This document shows, in pieces, positions 19,092-28,959 of a stretch of DNA of 64,000 bases. Within the stretch, counting starts at the first letter, position 1, and each line of letters opens with the position of its first letter. Both the position numbers and the translations under genes were made by a program. The notes under the pieces were generated by a model. It saw nothing but the letters and a program-made list of their open reading frames with translations. It searched no databases and was not told the DNA's origin. This DNA is from Alphaproteobacteria bacterium. Lineage in GTDB: Bacteria; Pseudomonadota; Alphaproteobacteria; Caedimonadales; UBA9215. Where the stretch lies: positions 5,514 to 69,513 of the forward strand of contig JAJSAD010000003.1 of assembly GCA_024281375.1 (NCBI GenBank), in the 5' to 3' direction.

Positions 19092-19745
19092 ATGATATTT
19101 TTTAAAGCCTTTATTTTAACAATTTGCCTCGTTAATAGTACCGCATATTCTATCCCCCTCAAAAACATTATTCTGAAAGAGGGGATGCGTATTGCTGTTT
19201 ATCCGGGGAGTTTTGACCCTTTTCACAAAGCCCACATGGCTATTATCGATGAGGCTTTAAAACTGGATTCTGTGGATTATGTCATTGTCTATGCCGAACA
19301 AGAATTTAAACCCAGTAAGCCCAATCGAACGTACTACCCTATCCGTCAAAAAATGTTAGAGAGTGTTTATCACGATCATCCTCAAGTTCTTTTGTCAACG
19401 GAGCGTCTCGTCGATATTATTAAAATGCTGCGGGATCATAAGGTCACTGTTATTGCTCTTGTGGGAGCCGATAATATCAGCCCTGAAACAATTATGTTCG
19501 TCGCTGATAAATGGATCGTGAACCTAAGGCCAGGGTTTCGAGAGGATAAAAATATCCTTGAGATGACAGATATTATGGGACAACCCGTCACGAAGATCAT
19601 GGCAAAAGATGGTGAGGTCAGTTCGACAAAAATTCGCCAGTTATTAATCCAATCTTTAACTGAGGCCTCAAAAGAAGCTCCGAGAACTCTTCCTGTAGCA
19701 GGGCCTGTCGAAAAAATTATTCACGAAAAAGGCCTTTATCACTAA
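19092..19745 (+). CDS. NadD-like HIGH-family nucleotidyltransferase with a signal-peptide-like N-terminus
   Basis: 'YPGSFDPFHKAHMAII' (HxxH motif) and 'VSSTKIRQLL' (ISSTxIR motif). The N-terminus is 'MIFFKAFILTICLVNSTAYS'. The ORF track starts at TTG 19074; I preferred ATG 19092. Confidence 0.7.
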   Translation: MIFFKAFILTICLVNSTAYSIPLKNIILKEGMRIAVYPGSFDPFHKAHMAIIDEALKLDSVDYVIVYAEQEFKPSKPNRTYYPIRQKMLESVYHDHPQVLLSTERLVDIIKMLRDHKVTVIALVGADNISPETIMFVADKWIVNLRPGFREDKNILEMTDIMGQPVTKIMAKDGEVSSTKIRQLLIQSLTEASKEAPRTLPVAGPVEKIIHEKGLYH

Positions 19746-20983
19746 AGGGCCTTTTCGACTTCTTTTAAGGCCTCTTTAAGAGCCCCGACAGCAAAATCTA
19801 ACTGTTCTTTTTCAATAATAAGAGGTGGGGCTAAGCGCACAATGGTGTCGTGGGTTTCTTTAGAGAGAACACCGCGGGCCATGAGGGCTTCACAGACAGC
19901 ACGGGCGGGCGCTTTTTGAGGATTGATTTCAACAGCAACCCACAAACCAGACCCTCGTATATCGGTAATGAGATCACTGTCGATCTTTTTGAGTTCGCCT
20001 TGGAGGTATGCCCCTAGGTCTGCTGATCGTTGGGCGTAGTTATCACGCTCGAGGATTTCAAGGGCTTTCAAACCAACTTTAGCAGAAAGGGGGTTCCCTC
20101 CAAAAGTTGAGCCATGGGATCCAGGACGTAAGGTCTCTAGAACTTCCCGGGAGGAGACAAAGGCTGAAATAGGTAATAACCCGCCACCCAAGGCTTTGCC
20201 CAAAATCAAGCCATCGGGGATAATGCCTTCATGCTGAAAGGCAAAGAGTTTCCCCGTGCGCCCCAGCCCCGTTTGAATTTCATCCAGAATCATCAACACG
20301 TTATGCTTATCACACAAAGTACGCACTTTTTTAAGATAGCCTTTTGGGGGAATAATAATACCGGCTTCCCCCTGCATAGGTTCTACTAAGAATGCACAGG
20401 TATTTGGTGTTATGGCTGCTTCAAGAGCCTCAATATCCCCAAAGGGGACTTCTTTGAACCCCGGGGTAAAAGGCCCAAAATGTTTTTTATAGTCCGCATC
20501 AGATGAGAAACTCACGATGGTTGTGGTACGGCCATGGAAATTGTTTGCTGCGACAATGATTTCAGCTTTATTATCTGGAATGCCTTTAATTTCGTAGCCC
20601 CAGCGGCGTGCGGCCTTAAGAGCTGTCTCAACGGCTTCAGCCCCTGTATTCATGGGCACGACCATTTCAAGACCAGATAACTCACAGATTTTCTGCAAGA
20701 AAGGTGCAAGGGTTGAGCTATAAAAAGCACGGGACGCAATGCACAATGTTTGGGCTTGTTCATGCAGTACTTGAACCAATTCAGGATGACAATGACCATG
20801 GCTCACGGCAGAATAGGCCGACATCATATCGAGGTATTTACGCCCCTCACTATCATAGAGCCACACCCCTTCGCCTCGCTCTAAAACCGCTGGAATCGGC
20901 AGGTAGTTAGGGGCGCAAACTTGGGATTCAAATTTGATATAGTCCTGAGAGGTTATTTCTATCTTTTTAGCCATGGCTGTCAT
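19742..20983 (-). CDS. rocD: Ornithine aminotransferase (class-III aminotransferase)
   Basis: 'APNYLPIPAVLERGEGVWLYDSEGRKYLDMMSAYSAVSHGHCHP' and 'DEIQTGLGRTGK' are close to the OAT pattern. Confidence 0.88.
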   Translation of the reverse strand: MTAMAKKIEITSQDYIKFESQVCAPNYLPIPAVLERGEGVWLYDSEGRKYLDMMSAYSAVSHGHCHPELVQVLHEQAQTLCIASRAFYSSTLAPFLQKICELSGLEMVVPMNTGAEAVETALKAARRWGYEIKGIPDNKAEIIVAANNFHGRTTTIVSFSSDADYKKHFGPFTPGFKEVPFGDIEALEAAITPNTCAFLVEPMQGEAGIIIPPKGYLKKVRTLCDKHNVLMILDEIQTGLGRTGKLFAFQHEGIIPDGLILGKALGGGLLPISAFVSSREVLETLRPGSHGSTFGGNPLSAKVGLKALEILERDNYAQRSADLGAYLQGELKKIDSDLITDIRGSGLWVAVEINPQKAPARAVCEALMARGVLSKETHDTIVRLAPPLIIEKEQLDFAVGALKEALKEVEKAL

Positions 20984-20992
20984 TACCGACTC

Positions 20993-21916
20993 TTATCTTT
21001 TAGGAAGGATTTCTTTGAGAATATCCTCAACAAGGAGGGCCGTCAAATCATCTCGATCCCGGTTGGGATTAAATTCTGTTATTTCCAACGCTGAGAATTG
21101 AGGATGTTCTCGCACATAATGAAGGTGGGGAGTGGTTTCTGTTGGAAGCATCCCATCAACCTCAGGACTGCCAACACCCGGCGCGAATTTCGGATCAAAC
21201 GCATCCAGATCAATACTCACCCCAAAGGCTTTTGTGTGACGCGTTACATGCTCAAGGGCTTCTTGAATCACAGTCTCAAAGCCTCGCTCATTAACCTCAT
21301 CGCAATAGAAAATCTTGACGTTTAGCTTTTGGAGCAACGCCTCTTCTTCGGGCTCAAAACTTCGAATACCAATTAAGACGAGATCTTGAGGGCGAATCTT
21401 GGGACCTTGTTGACAAAGATTAGCGAGCTGTGGTTCACCATGTCCTAAAAGAGACGCAACAGGCATACCATGGTAAGCATTGGACGGAGAGGTTTCCGGG
21501 ATATGGGAGTCCATATGGGCATCCACCCAAATGAGGCCAAAATTCTTTTGGGCATTAAGGGCTTTAATGGCGCCTGAAAACGTTCCCACAGCCATGACAT
21601 GATCTCCTCCAAGGGCACAAGGAAACTCTCCTTTTTTCATTAAATCGTCAATAGAGTCGGCGAGTTTTTCAAGGTGAGGCACGATAAAGGGGAGGGTTTC
21701 AACACCAGGAGGTAAATCCAACTCACTTGCTTTTTCATCAGGATGAATCATGGCGGTCCAATAACTAGACACATGGGAACTATGCAATACATCCGTTAGG
21801 TTGCGTTCTTGTAAAACCATAGGGCCTGCCTCTGTTTCATGAACTTGCGCCCCCCATCCAGAGGCTGATCCCACAAGTCCCGTTCGTCGCTTATCGTCTT
21901 TTTTCATAGCTTGCAT
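20993..21916 (-). CDS. Arginase-family ureohydrolase (probable arginase)
   Basis: Mn-binding motifs 'GGDHVMAVG', 'VDAHMDSH' and 'SIDLDAFDP'. Adjacent to rocD. Confidence 0.8.
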   Translation of the reverse strand: MQAMKKDDKRRTGLVGSASGWGAQVHETEAGPMVLQERNLTDVLHSSHVSSYWTAMIHPDEKASELDLPPGVETLPFIVPHLEKLADSIDDLMKKGEFPCALGGDHVMAVGTFSGAIKALNAQKNFGLIWVDAHMDSHIPETSPSNAYHGMPVASLLGHGEPQLANLCQQGPKIRPQDLVLIGIRSFEPEEEALLQKLNVKIFYCDEVNERGFETVIQEALEHVTRHTKAFGVSIDLDAFDPKFAPGVGSPEVDGMLPTETTPHLHYVREHPQFSALEITEFNPNRDRDDLTALLVEDILKEILPKR

Positions 21917-22190
21917 TAGACCTCTCTCCTCTTTTTTGATGGTCTTTAAAATTAATCCCTAAACGCTTAATATTCTCTTAAGGAAAGCGCGTCTTTTTTT
22001 ATTTTTTTATGTTTTTGATCTTTATCAAATCTTTGCAGAGTGAACACTTAGGGGGATTTTATCAAATTTTAATAAAAATGATATAAAAAATTAATTCTTT
22101 GTTAAGGAATAGGCTGAAAAATCGAAATGCTCATTAAAGAAAATGAGCTCAATCTGAAAATATTCAAGACTTAAACAAAGGAAATGAACG

Positions 22191-23039
22191 ATGACATATA
22201 CAACAAAATTTTTATCCACCTCTGCTTTGGCTTTGCTCCTCGGTATGGGCCTCTCTTATGCCTCTGATATTACTGCTGAAAAAGAAGGTGATGAAGATGT
22301 TACAGTGACACTCCCCGTTGTGGTCATTGAAGAAGCGAGTGATGAAGGTGGCGCAAGTTCTGCAGCTTCCGCAGTTTCAAAAGATGAGTTTGCTAAAGCT
22401 GTTAAAGCGTCCCATGTAAACCACAAATGGTGGGATGTTGATGGGGATGGCGATCTTGACCTTGATGATGTTAAAGCCTTTTTCAAAAAGCGTCTAAAAC
22501 ATTTAGATTTTGATGGAGATGGTGACTTTGATGTTGATGATATTATTGCAGGGGCTAAATCCCTTTGGAAAAATGTTAAAGGTATTTTTGATGCTGATAA
22601 TAATGGAACCGTAGAATTTGATGAAATTCTTATTGGAACTAATAATGCTATTGGTATTATTAATGATCTTGTTGATCGTATTTCGAATATTTCAGGTACT
22701 ATTAAGGGCAGTCCTTATTTTGACTCAATTCCTGATAGCGTTAAAGGTCCTCTCACAAATCTTCTTGCGCTTGTTGATGAAGCTGCAGGTAAAACAAAAG
22801 GAGGCCTTAATATCGGGGGAAAATATGTGAGTAAAATTGAAGATGCCCTTAAGGCTTTAAATAGCCAAATAAAAACTCTAACCAGTGGTGACCTTTCAGC
22901 AACCGACTTTATTAAAGCCAGAAAAGATATCTTTGCGTATCTTGAGATGGTTAAAGGCTGGTATAATACCGGTGATAACGCAAGTTTGATTACCAAAATC
23001 GAAAGACGTCTTGCAAAACTTAAAACACCAACAGTCTAA
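22191..23039 (+). CDS. Secreted protein with three EF-hand-type calcium-binding loops
   Basis: Signal peptide 'ALALLLGMGLSYA/SD'. Loops are 'DVDGDGDLDLDD', 'DFDGDGDFDVDD' and 'DADNNGTVEFDE' (DxDxDGxxxxxD/E). The C-terminal half has no motif I recognise. Confidence 0.75.
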   Translation: MTYTTKFLSTSALALLLGMGLSYASDITAEKEGDEDVTVTLPVVVIEEASDEGGASSAASAVSKDEFAKAVKASHVNHKWWDVDGDGDLDLDDVKAFFKKRLKHLDFDGDGDFDVDDIIAGAKSLWKNVKGIFDADNNGTVEFDEILIGTNNAIGIINDLVDRISNISGTIKGSPYFDSIPDSVKGPLTNLLALVDEAAGKTKGGLNIGGKYVSKIEDALKALNSQIKTLTSGDLSATDFIKARKDIFAYLEMVKGWYNTGDNASLITKIERRLAKLKTPTV

Positions 23040-23056
23040 AATAATCCCAACAAACA

Positions 23057-23082
23057 AAAAGCGCTCCGAGTGGGGCGCTTTT
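23057..23082 (+). terminator. Rho-independent terminator-like hairpin after the EF-hand gene
   Basis: aaaagcgc (23057-23064) and gcgctttt (23075-23082) are exact complements around a 10-nt loop. The T tail is short. Confidence 0.45.
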
Positions 23083-23863
23083 ACATCGAACGGACAGCAA
23101 TTTGTTTTTTGATTTCGCCAATAGCTTGACCAGGATTGAGGTTTTTGGGGCAGGTATTGGTACAATTCATGATGGTGTGGCAACGATATAAACGAAAGGG
23201 ATCCTCAAGGTTATCAAGGCGCGCACCGGTGTTTTCATCACGGGAATCTGCAATCCAACGGTAAGCTTGCAAAAGAGTCGCAGGGCCTAAATAGCGATCA
23301 CTATTCCACCAATAACTGGGACAACTGGTGGAGCAACTAAAACATAAGACACACTCCCAAAGACCATCCAATTTTTCACGCTCCTCGGGACTTTGAAGAC
23401 GTTCTTTATCAGGGGCAAGGGCACTATTGGCCTGTATCCAAGGCTCAATCAGTTCATATTGGGCATAGGCATGGGTTAGGTCGGGTACCAAATCCTTTAT
23501 AACGGGCAAGTGGGGGAGGGGATAGAATTTTAAATCACCGTTAAGGTCGGCCACATGTTTGGTACATGCCAAGGTATTGGTGCCATTGATATTCATAGAA
23601 CAGGACCCACAGACGCCTTCACGGCAAGAGCGTCTAAACGTAAGGGTTGGGTCCAGTTTTTCTTTAATATTGAGAAGAATATCAAGGGCCATGGTCCCAA
23701 AGGTGTCTTCATCAATGATGTAGGTATCCAAGCGTGGATTTTCATCAGGCTTTTCAGGATCCCAGCGATAAATTTGAACCTTGCGAGGCTTTTTTGGATT
23801 CTCAACGGCAAGGGTCTTTCCCTTCACAACTTTTGAGTTTTTTGGCAGTGTAAATTCAACCAT
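23081..23863 (-). CDS. sdhB: Succinate dehydrogenase iron-sulfur subunit
   Basis: '[15 protein letters not shown]', '[12 protein letters not shown]' and '[12 protein letters not shown]'. Confidence 0.97.
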   Translation of the reverse strand: MVEFTLPKNSKVVKGKTLAVENPKKPRKVQIYRWDPEKPDENPRLDTYIIDEDTFGTMALDILLNIKEKLDPTLTFRRSCREGVCGSCSMNINGTNTLACTKHVADLNGDLKFYPLPHLPVIKDLVPDLTHAYAQYELIEPWIQANSALAPDKERLQSPEEREKLDGLWECVLCFSCSTSCPSYWWNSDRYLGPATLLQAYRWIADSRDENTGARLDNLEDPFRLYRCHTIMNCTNTCPKNLNPGQAIGEIKKQIAVRSM

Positions 23864-23882
23864 CTGATTGACCTTTTATGTT

Positions 23883-25685
23883 CTAATAAACGCGCTTTGC
23901 AAGGGGTACTGTTTCCACTTCATCCGTAAGGGTCTTGAGTTTCACGGGGCGATATTTAATATCAACTTTCTTGAGATCCGTCGAGCCTGCAACGGTATGT
24001 TTTAACCAATGGGTATCATCGCGATCTGGATAATCATCGGTGGCATGGGCACCTCGACTTTCTTTACGATTCAAAGCAGACCCAACGGTCACAACGGATT
24101 GCCCCATAAGGTTTTCAAGCTCAAGGGCCTCGACTAAATCTGTGTTCCACACTAAGGACCTATCGGTTAATCCAATGTCTTTGAGAGTGCCAGCAACCCG
24201 CGTGATTTCAGATAGTCCCTTGGTAAGCAATTTATCCGTCCTAAAAACCGTACAGTAACTTTGCATTGTTTGTTGCATGTTACCTCGAATATCTGCTGTG
24301 GAAAGGTTGCCCTTTGAGTGACGCAAGCGATCCAAACGAGACAATGAAAAATCAGCACTATTTTTCGGGAGGGGCTTATGGGACTCACCAGGTTTTACAA
24401 CCTTTGCCGCCTGGGTAGCAGCAGCACGTCCAAAAACCACAAGGTCCAATAATGAGTTCGTTCCTAACCTATTTGCGCCATGAACAGAGACACAAGCTGC
24501 TTCTCCAATAGCCATTAATCCGGGTACCACCGCATCAGGGTTTTTATCCGTTGGGTTCACAACCTCACAATGAATCGTGGTTGGGATACCCCCCATGTTA
24601 TAATGCACCGTTGGCGCCACAGGAATAGGCTCTTTCATCACATCAACCCCCGCAAAAATACGGGAAGATTCCGCAATACCTGGTAAGCGCTTTTCAATAA
24701 TTTCAGGATCTAAGTGAGTAATGACCAAATGCACATGATCTTTGTTGGGACCAACACCTCTGCCTTCATTAATCTCAATGGTCATGGCGCGACTCACCAC
24801 ATCTCGGGACGCAAGGTCTTTGGCATTAGGCGCATAACGCTCCATAAAGCGCTCTCCTTCCGAGTTTAAGAGATACCCGCCTTCACCGCGCACACCCTCG
24901 GTGATTAAGCATCCGGCCCCATGAATGCCTGTGGGATGAAACTGAATAAATTCCATATCTTGCAAAGGTAACCCCGCACGCAAAACCATGCCGCCGCCGT
25001 CTCCGGTACAGGTATGAGCCCCCGTACAGGTTTGAAAAGCACGACCATAGCCGCCCGTTGCCAACACAACGGTCTTTGCAGAAAAGCGATGAATAATACC
25101 ATCTTCAAGACACAGAGCTGTTACTCCTCGGCAACTCCCCTCCTCATCCATAATCAAATCAAGGGCGAAATATTCAATAAAAAATGTTGTCTTATGTTTC
25201 AAGCATTGCTGATAAAGAGTGTGTAAAATCGCGTGGCCCGTACGATCTGCCGCGGCACAAGCTCTGTTCGCCATAGACTTGCCTTTATCAATAGTATGGC
25301 CCCCAAACAAGCGCTGGTAAATGGTTCCGTCATCGGTCCTGGAAAAAGGAACGCCCATATGTTCCAGCTCAATAACAGACGGAATGGCTTCGCGGCACAT
25401 GTATTCAATGGCATCCTGATCTCCTAACCAATCAGAGCCTTTGACGGTGTCATACATGTGGTGTTTCCAGTGATCGCCATCTCCCATATTCCCAAGGGCG
25501 GCACTAATGCCTCCTTGGGCGGCAACGGTATGGCTACGGGTTGGAAAAACCTTTGAAATACAAGCCGTTGAGAGGCCAGCCGCACTCATACCAAGGGCTG
25601 CTCGCAAACCAGCTCCGCCAGCACCTACAATGACAACATCATATTCATGATCAATAAGGTGATAGTTTTTAGATAAATCAGACAT
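23883..25685 (-). CDS. sdhA: Succinate dehydrogenase flavoprotein subunit
   Basis: '[15 protein letters not shown]', '[10 protein letters not shown]' and 'HPTG'. Confidence 0.97.
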   Translation of the reverse strand: MSDLSKNYHLIDHEYDVVIVGAGGAGLRAALGMSAAGLSTACISKVFPTRSHTVAAQGGISAALGNMGDGDHWKHHMYDTVKGSDWLGDQDAIEYMCREAIPSVIELEHMGVPFSRTDDGTIYQRLFGGHTIDKGKSMANRACAAADRTGHAILHTLYQQCLKHKTTFFIEYFALDLIMDEEGSCRGVTALCLEDGIIHRFSAKTVVLATGGYGRAFQTCTGAHTCTGDGGGMVLRAGLPLQDMEFIQFHPTGIHGAGCLITEGVRGEGGYLLNSEGERFMERYAPNAKDLASRDVVSRAMTIEINEGRGVGPNKDHVHLVITHLDPEIIEKRLPGIAESSRIFAGVDVMKEPIPVAPTVHYNMGGIPTTIHCEVVNPTDKNPDAVVPGLMAIGEAACVSVHGANRLGTNSLLDLVVFGRAAATQAAKVVKPGESHKPLPKNSADFSLSRLDRLRHSKGNLSTADIRGNMQQTMQSYCTVFRTDKLLTKGLSEITRVAGTLKDIGLTDRSLVWNTDLVEALELENLMGQSVVTVGSALNRKESRGAHATDDYPDRDDTHWLKHTVAGSTDLKKVDIKYRPVKLKTLTDEVETVPLAKRVY

Positions 25686-26099
25686 TTAACTCATGAACTC
25701 CACGGTAGACACAGCAATGGACTGAATTTTAAGAAGGGAATAAAGAGAGGCTAATACCAAAAAAGCAAAAAGAAGTTTCATTCCCACAAGGCCAGCAAAT
25801 TTAACCCCTTCATGGTGTACATAATCTTCAATCACAACCTGCATACCCAAAAAGGCATGGTATAACCCAATGACAAGAGTCAGCGTCATGAGGGCAAAAC
25901 TAAAGGGACTCTGAAGCCAAGAGACAACTTCCTTATAATTAGAGAGATTATGGGTCAAGAGGCCATAAAAGAACCATAGCCCCAGCACCACAAGAGCAAC
26001 CGAGGTCATACGTTGCCTCATCCAATGGTGCGAGCCTTGCTGAGCTGAGCCCTCTCCCTTAGCTTGACCCAAGGCCGAGCGACGTTTCAATGGTGTCAT
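25686..26099 (-). CDS. sdhD: Succinate dehydrogenase membrane anchor subunit
   Basis: 137 aa with three TM segments, positioned between sdhC and sdhA. Confidence 0.85.
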   Translation of the reverse strand: MTPLKRRSALGQAKGEGSAQQGSHHWMRQRMTSVALVVLGLWFFYGLLTHNLSNYKEVVSWLQSPFSFALMTLTLVIGLYHAFLGMQVVIEDYVHHEGVKFAGLVGMKLLFAFLVLASLYSLLKIQSIAVSTVEFMS

Positions 26100-26103
26100 T
26101 TTA

Positions 26104-26487
26104 TTAAGTTCCTATTTTTAAGGCTAGAAAGAGAATGCTCGCGATTGCTGTGAAGAGTAAAACAGCCCATCCTCCCTTGTTCACAACAGGGATGTCAAAT
26201 CCATAGCCCGCATCCCAAACAAGATGCCGTATCCCATTAGCAAAGTGATAAAAAAAGGCCACGACCCAAGAGGCAAATAATAATTGCCCGATTATTGATC
26301 CATAAAAGGAGGCCATCGCGTCAAAGCATGCCTGCGTTGCGCCCAAGGAAATAATCCAAAGAGAAAGTGCAATAATCCCAAGGGATAAATAGGCCCCAGA
26401 AGCCCGGTGAAAAATAGAAAGAACCGAGGTAAGTTGCGGTTTATAGATTTGCAGATGTGGCGAAAGAGGACGTTGTCGGGGATCCAT
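26104..26487 (-). CDS. sdhC: Succinate dehydrogenase cytochrome b556 subunit
   Basis: 'RPLSPHLQIYKPQLTSVLSIFHRASG'. Confidence 0.9.
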   Translation of the reverse strand: MDPRQRPLSPHLQIYKPQLTSVLSIFHRASGAYLSLGIIALSLWIISLGATQACFDAMASFYGSIIGQLLFASWVVAFFYHFANGIRHLVWDAGYGFDIPVVNKGGWAVLLFTAIASILFLALKIGT

Positions 26488-26624
26488 GTTTTTAAGATCT
26501 CTTTTTTTGTTTTTATTATCTTAAAGTATAAACCATAACGGTATGGTTTTCAATCAAGACAAAAGGATAAATAGCGCAAAATAAGGCATTTGATGTATAA
26601 TAGAAAGATACTGGGGAGAATTTT

Positions 26625-27110
26625 ATGAAATACAGTATCACTATTCTTATTATGTTTTTATTTGTTTTTTCAACATCTTATGCCAACCATGGCGAAATTA
26701 TTAAGGATACAAGGTCCAATGAAGAATGGGCTAGGATTTTAACCACTGATCAATACGAAATTTTACGCAACGATGGCACAGAACCGTCTTATAGCAGCCC
26801 CCTGAATGATGAAAAGCGACAGGGTGTTTTTGCGTGTGCAGCTTGCGGGCTTGCCCTTTTTGACTCCAACACAAAATATGACAGCAAGACAGGTTGGCCT
26901 AGCTTTTGGCAACCTATCAAAGGACATATTGAGACAAAAACAGACTGGAAACTTTTTTACCCCCGCACGGAATATCACTGTGCCAGGTGTGGCAGTCACC
27001 AGGGTCATATCTTTGAGGATGGGCCCCCTGAACATGGTGGAAAACGTTATTGTAATAATGGGCTTGCCTTAAACTTTATTCCAGAACATGAAAAAAAGAA
27101 AGAAAGATAA
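26625..27110 (+). CDS. msrB: Methionine-R-sulfoxide reductase MsrB with signal peptide
   Basis: 'CAACGLALFDS..KYDSKTGWPSF' and 'CARCGSHQGHIFEDGP'. N-terminus 'ITILIMFLFVFSTSYA'. Confidence 0.9.
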   Translation: MKYSITILIMFLFVFSTSYANHGEIIKDTRSNEEWARILTTDQYEILRNDGTEPSYSSPLNDEKRQGVFACAACGLALFDSNTKYDSKTGWPSFWQPIKGHIETKTDWKLFYPRTEYHCARCGSHQGHIFEDGPPEHGGKRYCNNGLALNFIPEHEKKKER

Positions 27111-27715
27111 TGCGTCATTTTTTATCGATTTTTCTCATAAGTTTTTTACTTTTTTTAGGAACACAATCTATGTCTCAAGCAACATCAACGCCACAAAAAC
27201 AGGAAGTAGCAATTCTAGCAGGAGGTTGTTTTTGGTGTTTGGAACATCCTTTTGATTCTTTAAAGGGCGTTGAGTCGGTCATTGTAGGATACACAGGAGG
27301 GCACACAAAATCTCCTAATTATGAGGAAGTTTCCGCTGGAAAATCGGGGCATTATGAAGCCGTCAAAATTGTTTATGACCCTACAGTTATTTCTTTTCAA
27401 GAAATTTTAGACGTGCTTTGGGTTAATATTGATCCCTTTGATGCAACAGGACAATTCTGTGATAAAGGCGATCAGTACCGCGCCGCTATTTTCACCCTCA
27501 ATGAAGATCAAGAGAAAGTAGCCCAGATTTCTAAGGCTGAAAAAGAGAAAAAACTCGACCAAGAAATTGTTACAGAAATCCTTCCTGCAGGTCCCTTTTT
27601 TAAAGCAGAAGAATACCATCAACATTATTATCAAAAGAACCCTGTTCGTTATAAGTTCTATCGCTATAACTGCGGGCGAGATCAACGCTTAAAAAAAGTC
27701 TGGGGCGGAAAATAA
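27110..27715 (+). CDS. msrA: Methionine-S-sulfoxide reductase MsrA with signal peptide
   Basis: 'LAGGCFWCLEHPF' and 'GYTGG'. N-terminus 'FLSIFLISFLLFLGTQSMSQA'. Confidence 0.9.
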   Translation: MRHFLSIFLISFLLFLGTQSMSQATSTPQKQEVAILAGGCFWCLEHPFDSLKGVESVIVGYTGGHTKSPNYEEVSAGKSGHYEAVKIVYDPTVISFQEILDVLWVNIDPFDATGQFCDKGDQYRAAIFTLNEDQEKVAQISKAEKEKKLDQEIVTEILPAGPFFKAEEYHQHYYQKNPVRYKFYRYNCGRDQRLKKVWGGK

Positions 27716-27719
27716 ATTT

Positions 27720-28817
27720 CTATTTTGAGGTCTTAAGGCTAGAAATTTTACCCTGAATTCTCTTTATTAAGGAGCTCCAAAATTCTTCCTTACCAAATTG
27801 AGGCGGCATCTTCATGAATTTGACCATTTGAGATAGTTCCTCCCTATTATACCGATCTAAAACCTTATCTAATATTAAGATAGCTAGAGGTTTTACCTTA
27901 TCTTTTCCGATAGTATTATAAGGGGGAGGATAAAGAAGAGCCCCAAGTATAAAAACATAGTACTGTGGATCAAAATCATATCTTAAAGACACATTAAAAA
28001 CTTTAAGAAAAATATCATACCCATGCCTAGCTGCCTCATCCCCATACATTCTGACAAGGGCTTTTTGCAACGGTGAATGCGAAAGTCCAAGACTAAAGTT
28101 AAAAATTGTACGGTGCCGTTTAATATTTATAAGACCTGACGAACCTAAAAACTTAAACGTTGAGTTCAAATACACGAATCCCTCATATGTATCGCCAAGA
28201 TTTTTGAAAGCCTTTAACGCGTCTTTAATGTCATCCATTTCCAGTCGACGAATATTATTTCCAATATACTCAAAGAGTTCTGAAAAATATTTATACCTTT
28301 CAGCCCCGCCTGGAACAGAAAGGTAGAAACCGGGGTAAATCATATGTTCTCTTTCAGGCTTAGGTAAAGATTCTCTTTCTTTATCAGACAGATATTTAAA
28401 TGAAATTTCTTTATTTTTTTTAGCTTGAAAAATAGCGTTTATTGCTTCTTGCATAAGAGATCGTATTGTCTCCACACCCAAATTTAAATCCATAAATCGC
28501 GCTAAACGAAAGCGTAAAGCCGGATCTTTAATATTAAGAATTTTGGGTTTTAAAGCGGCCCAAATGCGTTTTACTTCTTTTGGATCTACGCCTCTATCTT
28601 CATTAAAGTGATAAATATAGTCACCTTGCTGGGGAGTCGCCTCAATATCTCCTTCTAAAAGTTTATTGATTTCTTTTAACAAATCTTCTGTCTTTATGAT
28701 GGTACGATAATAACGAGACGCGAGCGGTTGACTTGATTGAAAACGAAGAGCTTCACTAGGTAATGTGCTGACTCCGAAAAAAAGACAACTCATGATGATC
28801 ATAAAAAAAGGTTTCAT
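27720..28817 (-). CDS. Hypothetical secreted protein (365 aa)
   Basis: A long ORF with signal-like 'MIIMSCLFFGVSTLPSEA'. I recognise no family motif. Confidence 0.7.
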   Translation of the reverse strand: MKPFFMIIMSCLFFGVSTLPSEALRFQSSQPLASRYYRTIIKTEDLLKEINKLLEGDIEATPQQGDYIYHFNEDRGVDPKEVKRIWAALKPKILNIKDPALRFRLARFMDLNLGVETIRSLMQEAINAIFQAKKNKEISFKYLSDKERESLPKPEREHMIYPGFYLSVPGGAERYKYFSELFEYIGNNIRRLEMDDIKDALKAFKNLGDTYEGFVYLNSTFKFLGSSGLINIKRHRTIFNFSLGLSHSPLQKALVRMYGDEAARHGYDIFLKVFNVSLRYDFDPQYYVFILGALLYPPPYNTIGKDKVKPLAILILDKVLDRYNREELSQMVKFMKMPPQFGKEEFWSSLIKRIQGKISSLKTSK

Positions 28818-28959
28818 TGAAAAATTTCCAACAATATATACATTTCCTATATTAGCCTACTTGTGTTACAAATCATTTAATTTTTATTAAATAAACCTCT
28901 CTTTTTAAAAGCAGGTGCGCTACATTAAGACTATAATTCACCGACCCCAAACCAAGTAA

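Noticed and set aside
28931-28950. 'ccgaccccaaacc' near the left edge of the accessory block resembles 'tcgaccccaacc' inside tRNA-Gly (32500-32511), raising the idea of an att repeat.
   Set aside because: The match is only about 11-12 nt, with an indel. It falls in the anticodon/variable region rather than the tRNA 3' end, and no integrase is present. It is likely chance.
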